64,000 nucleotides of DNA from a virus (taxonomy: Duplodnaviria > Caudoviricetes), in the IMG/VR virus record IMGVR_UViG_3300026522_000024, positions 1-64,000 of that record. One strand, 5' to 3'. The notes beneath the pieces were generated by a model. It saw only the letters and a program-made list of their open reading frames with translations, was not told the origin of the DNA and did no database searches. Below are positions 29,306-38,541 of the stretch, piece by piece. The position numbers and the translations under genes are program-made. Numbering within the stretch: the stretch's first letter is position 1; every line of letters begins with the position of its first letter.

Positions 29306-30700
29306 ATGTCTGACGTAGGTGTATACAAATTTACAGCTAGAATTCAGATAAAAATACTGGCGGTCTTGTGGCGTGACCAGTTTTCGTTTAATCTATACAG
29401 GGATGTAGTCAAACCAAAGTATTTTTCTAACGCAATTCATGTAGACATGTGTAGAATAATCTTTGACTACTATAATCAGTACAACCTTCCTCCTACTGCT
29501 GATGTTCTTACTGAAGAAGTAAGCACAATGTGTGGTAAATACAAGAAGAAGGAAAAGCTGCTGGATGACTACTTGAATTGTATAGAGACAATGTCCAGTG
29601 TTAGTTTGGACGATATTGAGTATATCAGGGATAAAGTAATAGCATTCGGAAAGCGTCAGTCACTGGTAGACGCAGTGTTGGAGAGTGCTAATATACTGGA
29701 GAAAGAACCAGATACAGAGTATCCTAAGATTGAAGGGTTAGTCAAGGATGCCCTTATGACTGGTGAAAATCTAGCAGATTTAGGCACAGACATATATGAA
29801 GACGTAGAAGAGAGATTCTTGTCTTATACTAATGATGATGACGTAATTGAAAGAATACCTACAGGTATAGAAAAATTGGATTCCTGCCTTGGAGGTGGAC
29901 TAGGTAGAACAGAAATGGGAGTAATAGTAGCACCTCCAGGACGTGGAAAAACCACCTCACTCATATCTATAGGTGGCGCTGCTGTAGAAGCAGGATACAA
30001 TGTACTTCATATTTCTCTGGAGAACAATGAGAAACAGGTTACTAGAAACTATGATTTAAGACTGCTGAAGAAGAACATGGAATATGTTAAGGACAATGTA
30101 AACAAGTCTATAACTGCTATGTTCAATATCCAGAGGTATAGAAAAGGTCAACTCAGAATAAAGAAGTATCCAACCAAGTCAGTAACTACACAGACCATAC
30201 GTATGTTTTTGGATAAACTGAAGATGGTAAAGGGATTCGTACCAGACATACTTATTGTAGACTATGGTGCTATTTTGAAGCCTATATCAAATTACAGTGA
30301 TAAACGCATGGGAATTGAGTCTGTGTATGAAGAACTTAGAGCAATTGCTGATGACTATAATTTGGCACTTTGGACAGCTGCCCAAGGTAATCGTGGAGCA
30401 CTATCCAAGAAAATAGTGTCAATGGTGGACTTGGCTGAGTGCTTTGCTATTGCTAATATAGCTGATGTTATGGCTTGCTTATGTCAGACTGCTAAGGAGA
30501 AAGTCAAGGGAGATTTAAGGCTGTTCCTGCCTAAGATTCGTGATAACCCAGATAACATTATCCTCAAAGGCAAGATTCTGTACGAAATCAAGAAGATAGA
30601 AATGTATGATGTAGTAGAGAATACAGATGACGATGATGAGGAAGAAGAATCAGATGACTGGGAAAGTGATAAGAAACCTAATAAGAACAAGAAAGGGTGA
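29306..30700 (+). CDS. DnaB-like replicative helicase
   Basis: IPTG...LD..LGGG; APPGRGKT; ISLEN; IVDY; WTAAQ. Confidence 0.9.
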   Translation: MSDVGVYKFTARIQIKILAVLWRDQFSFNLYRDVVKPKYFSNAIHVDMCRIIFDYYNQYNLPPTADVLTEEVSTMCGKYKKKEKLLDDYLNCIETMSSVSLDDIEYIRDKVIAFGKRQSLVDAVLESANILEKEPDTEYPKIEGLVKDALMTGENLADLGTDIYEDVEERFLSYTNDDDVIERIPTGIEKLDSCLGGGLGRTEMGVIVAPPGRGKTTSLISIGGAAVEAGYNVLHISLENNEKQVTRNYDLRLLKKNMEYVKDNVNKSITAMFNIQRYRKGQLRIKKYPTKSVTTQTIRMFLDKLKMVKGFVPDILIVDYGAILKPISNYSDKRMGIESVYEELRAIADDYNLALWTAAQGNRGALSKKIVSMVDLAECFAIANIADVMACLCQTAKEKVKGDLRLFLPKIRDNPDNIILKGKILYEIKKIEMYDVVENTDDDDEEEESDDWESDKKPNKNKKG

Positions 30701-30705
30701 CTCCG

Positions 30706-31821
30706 ATGAAAATAGCTTGTACTGCTGATTGGCACATCCATGCTTTTAGTGACTTTTCTAGGCAGGTTCAAGTAATTTGGGATGAAGATGCTGGTAGATT
30801 TGTAGAAAGTGACAGTGAATCTGCTAAGGAGTTGAATTCCAGATTGCTCAATATCCTGGATGGAATCTGTGATTTAAGGGATTATTGTATTGAGAATGAT
30901 ATTTCTGTTGTATTGAATGCTGGGGATGTTTTTCACAAAAGGGGCAGCATTAACGTGGATACGTTTAATGCTGCTCATAAAGTCATTAAGAGTTTTGCTG
31001 ATAGGAATATTGAGCTGATAATTTTGTCTGGAAACCACGACCAGACAGATGCTTCTGATTTACCTACTTCATCTATTCACACTTTGTATAACGTAGCTAC
31101 CATTATAGAAAAACCCTGTAAAATTGACTTGAAGGATACATCAGTAATAGCCATTCCTTATTCTAGGAATAAAAAATTTGTGCTGAAGTCCATAAATAAA
31201 TACTTTGATTCCAATAGTAAAAACAATATACTTATGGCTCATCTGGGTGTGACTGGTGGAGCAGTAGGCAGCGGAATGTATCTCATGAATGATGAGTATT
31301 CAATGAAAGACTTGAAATGGGACAAATGGAAGTATGTAGTACTAGGTCACTACCACAGACCTCAGTTATTGTCTCATAATTCATTTTACTGTGGAACTCC
31401 AGTACAGAACACATTTAATGACGAGATTAAATCCGATGAAGATGGTGGGTTTAATGGATTTTTTGTGGTAGATACAAGTAAGAGGTATGATGTACAGTTT
31501 GTACCTATAAAAAGACCAAGGTTTATCACCATAAATTCTCCAGAAGATGTACCAGATAACATGAGTACTGATTTTTATAGGATAAAAACACCAGCTGAGG
31601 CAGTGGAAGCAATAAAGTCAGTAATTGATGAAGAAAATGTGAATGTCAGGTTAGACATAGAACGTAATTATGCTGAATTAGATAGGAGTGATATAGGCAT
31701 TTCAGATTCATTTGAGGAAGCAGTAAAAAAGTATGCTAAAGAAAACTATGAAGGTAAATTGAATGACGTGGTGGATGTAGGGTTAGAAATACTTGCGGAA
31801 GCAATATCAGGAGGTAAATGA
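30706..31821 (+). CDS. SbcD/Mre11-like nuclease
   Basis: ADWH; GDVFH; GNHD; LGHYH metallophosphoesterase motifs. Confidence 0.9.
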   Translation: MKIACTADWHIHAFSDFSRQVQVIWDEDAGRFVESDSESAKELNSRLLNILDGICDLRDYCIENDISVVLNAGDVFHKRGSINVDTFNAAHKVIKSFADRNIELIILSGNHDQTDASDLPTSSIHTLYNVATIIEKPCKIDLKDTSVIAIPYSRNKKFVLKSINKYFDSNSKNNILMAHLGVTGGAVGSGMYLMNDEYSMKDLKWDKWKYVVLGHYHRPQLLSHNSFYCGTPVQNTFNDEIKSDEDGGFNGFFVVDTSKRYDVQFVPIKRPRFITINSPEDVPDNMSTDFYRIKTPAEAVEAIKSVIDEENVNVRLDIERNYAELDRSDIGISDSFEEAVKKYAKENYEGKLNDVVDVGLEILAEAISGGK

Positions 31822-31822
31822 C

Positions 31823-33904
31823 ATGATATTTAGCACTTTAACAATACAGAACTTTATGTCTATACGTAGTGCTTCTATTGATTTGAGCAATAGAGGGCTA
31901 GTGCTCATAAATGGTGTAAATCATGATAATGAAGCGCTGAATAACAATGGTGCTGGAAAATCTTCAATCCTGGAAGCACTTGTATATGTTTTGTATGGCA
32001 GAACTATAAGAGGGCTGAAGGGCGATGAAGTAGTCCATAAAATACCTAAAAAGAATACTAAGGTGTCCTTAGAGGTAATAGACGATGACGGCGTGAAGTA
32101 TCTCATCACTAGGTATCGTAAGCACTCTACCAACAAAAATAAGTCAACTTTATTCAGGAATAAAATAGACATTACTCCTAAGTCTGAAGCTGACTTTAAT
32201 GAATATGTTGTTCAGTTACTACAGGCTGATTATACTACATTTACTTCCAGCCTTTTGTATTCTGCTGAATCATTTAGGTTTACTATGGCTACTGATGCTG
32301 AGATAAAGAAAACCTTTGATAATATGCTCAGTTTGGATACACTGACTAAGTGCTTAGAAATCACTAAGGAACGTATTAAGACAACTAATTGGAGTATACA
32401 AAAGGTCAACGAATCCATTGGTTCATATAACAGCCAAATTACCAATATTGATTCTAGGATAGAAGAAGCAAAAGAATTGAGAATACAGTATGAGACTAAA
32501 AGAAAAGAGAAAGAGAACACATATAAATCACAGATAAGTGAGTTAGAGTCAGAAATAACAGAGTTGAATGAAGAATCCAAGGAATTGTCTGTACTAGAGC
32601 AGAGTTTACAGAAAAAATTGGATAAACACGAAAAGTCATTGGCTAGCCACAAGAAAAAATCAAAACAGCTTGTAGAATTAAAGCAGGAACTGTCTCTCAT
32701 TTTACAGGATAAAAGAACAGTAGAAACACAGATTAAGTCAAGTGAGACCACTATAAAGGATAATATGAAACGTAAAGAACGTCTGGAGGAATCTGTAAAG
32801 AAACAAGAGAGCAAGAAGTCAGTATTGCTAAACAAAATGGCAGAGTTAGACAACCAGATTGGTCAGCCTTGTCCTACTTGTGGTCAACCTCTTACTAAGG
32901 AGAGTTTAGAGCCAGCCAAGGAAGAATATAAGGAACGTATCAAGGAACACGACGATAATATTGCTGAATTCGTAGCTTCTATACAGTCACTGTCTGATTC
33001 TACAGATAATCTTAATAAGTCTATTGAGTCTCACAAAAAGCAGCTGTCTGAATTGGAAGAATCTGAATCAGAGTTTTTGTCTTTATTAGACAAATTCAAG
33101 GGTATAGAATCAAAGTTGGAAGAATCCGAAAAGTTGGTTAAATCCGTACAATCAAAGCTGAATAAGTGTCAGTCAGACATAAAACTGGTAAATAACGATA
33201 TCAGTAACAAGAAAGATATGATTGTTAAGATACAACAGGATATAAAGGCTAATACTAAGGACAAAAATCCATATGATGCCACTATTAAGTCATTAGAGGA
33301 TGATAAGATAGAAGTGAAGCAACACATTGAAGAATGTAATAAGGAATTGATAAAGCACAATGAATCTATAGAGAAGTTGATGTTTTGGCAGCAGGCATAT
33401 TCCAATCAAGGTATTAAGTCTTTCATCTTAGATGATATTACCCCATTCCTGAATAGACGTGTAAATAAATACTTGTCTAAGCTATCTTCTGGAAGAATTG
33501 AAGTGGTATTTTCTACCAGAACAAAACTGAAGTCAGGAGAGGAAAGGGAAAAATTCTCCATAGATGTGTATAACTCTGATGGTGGAGAGCAATATATTGC
33601 TAATTCTGGTGGGGAGAAGAAACGTATTGATTTGGCTATAAACATGGCTTTACAAGACTTAGTAGCTTCCAGGAGTTCAAAGAAAATCAATATAGCAGTG
33701 TTTGATGAAGCATTTGACGCATTGGATGAATCTGGTGTAGAAGGAGTCATTGAGTTATTACAGGAGTTATCTAAAGATAAATCTACTATAATGGTGGTAT
33801 CACACAATGAACACCTGAAAAGCTATTTTACTAACACTATTACTGTAGTAAAACAAGATGGATATAGTAGCATATTAAATAATGACGAACAACTATCTAT
33901 GTAA
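31823..33904 (+). CDS. SbcC/Rad50-like ATPase
   Basis: NGAGKSS; coiled coil with CPTCG zinc hook; SGGEKKR; FDE; VSH. Confidence 0.92.
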   Translation: MIFSTLTIQNFMSIRSASIDLSNRGLVLINGVNHDNEALNNNGAGKSSILEALVYVLYGRTIRGLKGDEVVHKIPKKNTKVSLEVIDDDGVKYLITRYRKHSTNKNKSTLFRNKIDITPKSEADFNEYVVQLLQADYTTFTSSLLYSAESFRFTMATDAEIKKTFDNMLSLDTLTKCLEITKERIKTTNWSIQKVNESIGSYNSQITNIDSRIEEAKELRIQYETKRKEKENTYKSQISELESEITELNEESKELSVLEQSLQKKLDKHEKSLASHKKKSKQLVELKQELSLILQDKRTVETQIKSSETTIKDNMKRKERLEESVKKQESKKSVLLNKMAELDNQIGQPCPTCGQPLTKESLEPAKEEYKERIKEHDDNIAEFVASIQSLSDSTDNLNKSIESHKKQLSELEESESEFLSLLDKFKGIESKLEESEKLVKSVQSKLNKCQSDIKLVNNDISNKKDMIVKIQQDIKANTKDKNPYDATIKSLEDDKIEVKQHIEECNKELIKHNESIEKLMFWQQAYSNQGIKSFILDDITPFLNRRVNKYLSKLSSGRIEVVFSTRTKLKSGEEREKFSIDVYNSDGGEQYIANSGGEKKRIDLAINMALQDLVASRSSKKINIAVFDEAFDALDESGVEGVIELLQELSKDKSTIMVVSHNEHLKSYFTNTITVVKQDGYSSILNNDEQLSM

Positions 33905-33958
33905 GATTTTTCTTCATCCTTACTTTATTATGTAAGGAGTATTCCGATATTCCTTTTT

Positions 33959-34110
33959 GTAGGGCATAGGCAGTGGAATCTTAGCTGTTAGCCGTTGTTG
34001 CCGTTTCCTAGATTCTTTGACGTTCCTAAAAATATTTTTGGAGCACACTATAAGAAACTTGGTTGGCGTTGTTGGGCGTATAAAGCATGATATGGCTGCT
34101 TATGTCTTAC
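33959..34110 (+). ncRNA. Unannotated ~150-nt rod-like RNA (candidate)
   Basis: 16-bp closing helix gtagggcataggcagt / gctgcttatgtcttac with continued imperfect pairing to an apical hairpin. Confidence 0.5.
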
Positions 34111-34114
34111 TTAT

Positions 34115-34190
34115 GCACTCATAGTTCAATTGGTAGAACAACTGACTTGTAATCAGTAGGTTAGGGGTTCAAGTCCCTTTGGGTGCTCCA
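34115..34190 (+). tRNA. tRNA-Thr (UGU)
   Basis: Cloverleaf; anticodon loop ct-TGT-aa; ggttcaa T-loop; encoded CCA. Confidence 0.95.
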
Positions 34191-34338
34191 ATAGTGTATC
34201 ACACCCTGGCAGACAAAACACCAAAGGATAAGGAATCTGCTGTTATCGACCACAGCCTTGGAGATTATTCCTGAAGGACACAGTAAATGCCATCATTGGG
34301 GTGCCATGAGTCATAAAGCTGGGAAAGACTCATATTCA

Positions 34339-34415
34339 GCTCCTCTAGCTCAGTTGGTTAGAGCCCCCGCCTCATAAGCGGTAAGTCCTCAGTTCAAGTC
34401 TGAGGGGGAGCACCA
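34339..34415 (+). tRNA. tRNA with CAU anticodon (elongator Met or lysidine-modified Ile2)
   Basis: Cloverleaf; ct-CAT-aa; paired 1-72, so not an initiator; CCA. Confidence 0.9.
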
Positions 34416-34416
34416 C

Positions 34417-34493
34417 AGGGGTATAGCCAAGTTGGTTAAGGCATGGGACTTTGACTCCCAGATTCGATGGTTCGAGCCCATCTACCTCTGCCA
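34417..34493 (+). tRNA. tRNA-Gln (UUG)
   Basis: aggggta/tacctct acceptor; ct-TTG-ac; G73 plus CCA. Confidence 0.93.
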
Positions 34494-34526
34494 ATAGAGT
34501 TCAAATTGTTGAAATAAGTGCCGTGT

Positions 34527-34710
34527 ATACTGACTGTAATCAGGAGCTACAGAAATGAGGCTTGGCAGACCTTAGTGCTGGTGGAAATAAGACGCATATA
34601 TAACTTGGGAAACCCAGGCTACACTTAGAAATGAGTAAAAGCTAGATGCGCAGGAAGGTTCACTATAATAGACCACCAAACCTGACTACTGTTACAGCGG
34701 TAGTCAGTAT
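34527..34710 (+). ncRNA. Unannotated structured RNA between tRNA-Gln and tRNA-Pro (candidate)
   Basis: Terminal pairing atactgactg/tagtcagtat; several GAAA-capped hairpins; non-coding. Confidence 0.4.
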
Positions 34711-34713
34711 TAT

Positions 34714-34790
34714 CCAGATGTAGCTCAGTTTGGTAGAGCGCCTGCTTTGGGAGCAGGATGTCGCATGTTCAAATCGTGTCATCTGGACCA
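34714..34790 (+). tRNA. tRNA-Pro (UGG)
   Basis: Cloverleaf; tt-TGG-ga; CCA. Confidence 0.95.
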
Positions 34791-34799
34791 TATTTATGT

Positions 34800-35194
34800 G
34801 GGGACGTAATGGTATCGACAGAGTATTGAAGTCATGAAATTCGCAGGTCATGAGTACAGACCTTAATTGGCTCAATAAATTGAACTGACGAATATGATGT
34901 TCGCATCGCTGCTTAATCTGTTTTTATAACAGGTTATTTAGCCCTTACTGTATCACTAGCTGTGAGCAGGGCAGTAAGTTTCAAATAAACACAGCAAACA
35001 TCAGGGTTGCCCATTCCGATGTAAACAAAATGGGGTTGTTTCCTGCTTTATCTTAAAAGCAGGTGGTGGAGGTGTGGACCATTGCACTTGTTCGCTGGTT
35101 GCACCCTAGAGTTGCCCTCTATAAAGGCTATTGCGATAATGTTTCATGAGTGAATGTATTTTGGACAGGGGTTCGATTCCCCTCGTCTCCACCA
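34800..35194 (+). ncRNA. ssrA: tmRNA, probable tag (A)DEYDVRIAA
   Basis: ggggacg/cgtctcc acceptor with G3.U alanine identity pair; 5' ...tcgac; 3' ggac.ggggttcgattcccc..acca; tag ORF 34887-34916 ends AA-stop. Confidence 0.93.
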
Positions 35195-35241
35195 AAGCCA
35201 TCAATCCCAATGGGATAAAATAATATATAGGAGGAATTAAC

Positions 35242-35820
35242 ATGAGTAAACTTGGTGGTTGGATTATTGAACCTTCTTCAACGAAGATGCCTCAAAAAGT
35301 AGCTAGTTCCTTTGACAAGGTGGAAAAGGTTTTTGGCTGTACTTACAAGGCTATTTCTTATGTTGGTAAGCAAGAAGTAAATGGAATCAATTATGCCGTT
35401 TTGGCTGAGCAGACCGTCATCACTGGTGAAGACACGAAGAATGCTGTTATCATGATTTTCAATGAGAAGCCAGAGAGCAGTGATTTGGCTTGGGTCGGAA
35501 CCATTCCTGTTGTGGAAGGTGGCGGAAAGTTTGGTGGCACAGACGTTGAGATGATGAGTGCTGATTGTGTTGGCAATCCTGAGAAGGATGTGTTCAATAA
35601 AGCCATCGAAGGGTTTGTTGGTTCCAACATTGAGCTTGTAGCTACAGTTGGTACTAAGGTGACCAAAGGCATTGAGCACAAGTTCATTGTTACTATTGCT
35701 CCAGTGGTACCAGGGGCAGAGAAAAAGCTGGCTGTTATGTCTTACAATGACATGACTAAAGAAATGAATTTTGAGCCACTTTTGGCAGCTGCTAAGCTGG
35801 GATATTCTTTCACTTGGTAA
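35242..35820 (+). CDS. Hypothetical protein with two cystatin-like repeats
   Basis: LGGW...QEVNGINY and FGG...KVTKGIEH; strong RBS. Confidence 0.5.
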   Translation: MSKLGGWIIEPSSTKMPQKVASSFDKVEKVFGCTYKAISYVGKQEVNGINYAVLAEQTVITGEDTKNAVIMIFNEKPESSDLAWVGTIPVVEGGGKFGGTDVEMMSADCVGNPEKDVFNKAIEGFVGSNIELVATVGTKVTKGIEHKFIVTIAPVVPGAEKKLAVMSYNDMTKEMNFEPLLAAAKLGYSFTW

Positions 35821-35832
35821 GGGGTGAGAAAT

Positions 35833-36033
35833 ATGTCTTCAATTCCACAGTATAACATCATTGACCCTAGTAAAGATGACTTGGGCGTGATTAAGGCAAA
35901 GATTGAGGCTATCTCAAAGCAAGTTGACGCAGGGGAAGTCAGCAAAGAGGATTTTGATAAGGAATTAGAAAAGCTGAGTAACAGTCAGAAAGACTCACTG
36001 GAACATGCCTTTGGTAAACCTATGGGAGAGTGA
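35833..36033 (+). CDS. Hypothetical protein
   Basis: RBS ggggtg; short acidic helical ORF. Confidence 0.5.
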   Translation: MSSIPQYNIIDPSKDDLGVIKAKIEAISKQVDAGEVSKEDFDKELEKLSNSQKDSLEHAFGKPMGE

Positions 36034-36047
36034 CCATAATCAAATAG

Positions 36048-36135
36048 GGAGCAGTGTCCGAGTGGTTTAAGGTGGCAGTCTTGAAAACTGTTGTGCTTTA
36101 CAGCACCGTGGGTTCAAATCCTACCTGCTCCGCCA
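36048..36135 (+). tRNA. tRNA-Ser (UGA)
   Basis: Long variable arm; ct-TGA-aa; G73 plus CCA. Confidence 0.95.
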
Positions 36136-36146
36136 TAGGACAATAC

Positions 36147-36176
36147 AAGGCTGGGATGTGTTCCCAGCCTTTTTTA
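36147..36176 (+). terminator. Rho-independent terminator of the RNA island
   Basis: aaggctggga/tcccagcctt plus T-run. Confidence 0.85.
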
Positions 36177-36177
36177 T

Positions 36178-36726
36178 TTGATTGAGGTGAAAGAAGTGTA
36201 TAAATCAATGATGGCTGGATTCCTTATTGCCTTAGGAGGTTATGTTAACCTGAAAGTTGGTGGAGTATTAGGTGCTTTTTTATTTTCTCTTGGTCTTTTA
36301 TCAGTTATAGCCTTCAAAACTCCATTGTATACAGGTATAGTATCAAACCTTGAAAGCTATAATTATCCACGTAATATGTGTAAAGTATTAGTATACAACT
36401 GTATAGGTGCTGCTATGTTAGGTCTACTGTTTTATGGTGGTAGCAGCGATTCAGCTATCAATGTTTTGGCTAAATTGGACAAAAATTTGTTTTCTATTAT
36501 GCTAGATTCATTTATTTGTGGGTCATGTGTATCTATAGCAGTTAAATCTCAGAGTAAACTTATGACTATAATGGCTGTAGCTGTGTTTATCCTAGCTGGA
36601 GGTGAACACTGTGTGGCTGATGTGTTTTATTTTATGTCTGTAGGCACGTTACCAATCACATTTATCCTAACAGTTGTAGTAGGAAATACTCTTGGTGGTA
36701 TTGTATTCAGTAACATAACCAAGTAG
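36178..36726 (+). CDS. Formate/nitrite transporter (FNT) family channel
   Basis: AG..IALG; FSLGL; LYTG; N..GA; GGEHCVAD; VVGNTLGG; ~6 TM helices. Confidence 0.8.
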   Translation: MIEVKEVYKSMMAGFLIALGGYVNLKVGGVLGAFLFSLGLLSVIAFKTPLYTGIVSNLESYNYPRNMCKVLVYNCIGAAMLGLLFYGGSSDSAINVLAKLDKNLFSIMLDSFICGSCVSIAVKSQSKLMTIMAVAVFILAGGEHCVADVFYFMSVGTLPITFILTVVVGNTLGGIVFSNITK

Positions 36727-36773
36727 AGAGTGACTTGGTTAGTTCTTATTTCATTAAGGAAGGAGGGATTAGT

Positions 36774-37028
36774 ATGAAATCAATACCAGTTTATATGGTA
36801 ACTATGGGTAATACAGATGGCTCTATAACTGCTGGAGACCACATTTTTTATGGTGAAGATGGAAGTCTAAATTTGGTAGAATCCAAAAGCTGGTTTGAGC
36901 AAGATGAGTTTACCAAGGAAATAACAGACTTCTCTTGTATACCAGTGGATGACATAACAGTTTTGAAACATCTGGGTAGGTATCTCATACTGTCCTATTC
37001 TGTAAGGAGTGAAGTAAGAGTTGGTTGA
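36774..37028 (+). CDS. Hypothetical protein
   Basis: RBS ggaggg before ATG 36774. Confidence 0.5.
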   Translation: MKSIPVYMVTMGNTDGSITAGDHIFYGEDGSLNLVESKSWFEQDEFTKEITDFSCIPVDDITVLKHLGRYLILSYSVRSEVRVG

Positions 37029-38016
37029 AGACTGGGTTGCCGAGAATATTGATTCAGAGATAAAACATACTGGTAGTGGTAAGGAGATTCATGTTAATTG
37101 CCCAGTGTGTGGTGATTCTAGGTATAGACTATACATTAACTTAGATAAAGGCTTGGTTCACTGCCATAATTGCAAATTTAGTGGAAGTATAGTACACTTA
37201 ATACAATGGGTAGAGGGCACAAGTTATACTAAGGCAATGATGAAGTTTTCTACTATAAAGGGAAACTTGTCTATGCCTGATAAGATTGATGAGTCCATAG
37301 AGCATCAGCTATTTTTGTCTGGAGATTTACGTAAGGGATTGACTAAAAGAGCAATTCCACTTCCAGATGAATACAGAAAGATTAGTGGCTCAAATAATCT
37401 TGTAGCAATAAGAGCCAGGAAGTACCTAAAAAAACGTATGATAACCAGTAGTATGATAAAACAACATGACATAGGGTTTTGTGCTTCTGGGGAGTACGCT
37501 AACAGGATAATTCTACCCATTAAGGAAGAAGGAGAACTCAGATTTTGGGTAGCTAGAGCCATTGGTAACAATGCTAGGCTAAAGGAAAAGTCACCATCCA
37601 ATGAGGAATACCAGATAAGTAAATCAGAGGTAATTTTCAACATTGATAGAGCAGCCAGCCAGTATCATGCTGCTGTTATATCCGAAGGTATTTTTGATGC
37701 TTTGGCTTGGGGTGGAATAGGGGTATCCTTATTAGGTAAGGAACTATATGATGAACAGATGAACATATTATTGGACTACAGGGAATTACTTAGTGATGGA
37801 CTATACATAGCGATTGATTGGGATGCACGTCAGCAAGCTACAGAAATGGCTGAGAGGTTGTCTAGTTATTTTGACGTAAAAATAGTCAATATCCCAAAGA
37901 AATATGATGACCCAAATAAGTTTAGACAGACCCACAAGTACAAGGATATGCTTAAACTGTTAGAAGAAGCAGAGCCATATGGGGAATTTTCTTCAGTAAG
38001 AAGGAGATTTACATAG
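37021..38016 (+). CDS. DNA primase
   Basis: CPVC...CHNC zinc finger; EGIFDA and D.D TOPRIM motifs. Confidence 0.9.
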   Translation: MVEDWVAENIDSEIKHTGSGKEIHVNCPVCGDSRYRLYINLDKGLVHCHNCKFSGSIVHLIQWVEGTSYTKAMMKFSTIKGNLSMPDKIDESIEHQLFLSGDLRKGLTKRAIPLPDEYRKISGSNNLVAIRARKYLKKRMITSSMIKQHDIGFCASGEYANRIILPIKEEGELRFWVARAIGNNARLKEKSPSNEEYQISKSEVIFNIDRAASQYHAAVISEGIFDALAWGGIGVSLLGKELYDEQMNILLDYRELLSDGLYIAIDWDARQQATEMAERLSSYFDVKIVNIPKKYDDPNKFRQTHKYKDMLKLLEEAEPYGEFSSVRRRFT

Positions 38017-38079
38017 AAGTAGGACTAATTTATGTTTGTCCTTTATTTATCTCATAGTGTTTAGATTGGAGGAAGGTAC

Positions 38080-38541
38080 ATGTTAAAAATCAGGATTAAG
38101 TATTTACATGATGACTTGGACAGAATTCAGAAGATTTCTGTTGGTGACTGGATTGACCTTAGATGTGCTGAAGAAGTAACTTTGTCTAAGGGAGAACACG
38201 CTTATATTCCTTTGGGAGTATGTATGGAGATACCAGAGGGATATGAGGCTTGGCTTACAAGCCGTTCAAGCACGGCGAAAAAATTTGGTATTTTCCATGT
38301 AGATGATTTGGGAATAATAGATAATTCATATTGTGGTGACAATGATGAATGGAAACTTCCAGTGGTTGCGTTGAGAGATACTGTTCTTCACAAGAATGAC
38401 CGCATTTGCCAGTTTAGGCTGCATAAGGTTATGCCAGAAGTACAAATTGAAGAAGTAGAGGTGCTTGGTAATCCAGACAGAGGTGGGTTAGGTAGCACAG
38501 GTACTAATGATACTGTCAGGAGGGAAAATTTCCATGGGTAA
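38080..38541 (+). CDS. dut: Trimeric dUTPase
   Basis: DWIDL; RSS; GIIDNSYCG; DRICQ; RGGLGSTG. Confidence 0.92.
   Translation: MLKIRIKYLHDDLDRIQKISVGDWIDLRCAEEVTLSKGEHAYIPLGVCMEIPEGYEAWLTSRSSTAKKFGIFHVDDLGIIDNSYCGDNDEWKLPVVALRDTVLHKNDRICQFRLHKVMPEVQIEEVEVLGNPDRGGLGSTGTNDTVRRENFHG

Noticed and set aside
34191-34200. Theta/HDV-like ribozymes at tRNA 3' ends
   Set aside because: The tRNAs encode CCA and I could not build an HDV-like fold immediately downstream of any of them by eye.
34320-34566. RNase P-like motifs (gggaaagactcat ... acagaaatgaggctt)
   Set aside because: The two halves are separated by two complete tRNAs, P4 would lack the bulged U, and the first half forms a local hairpin.
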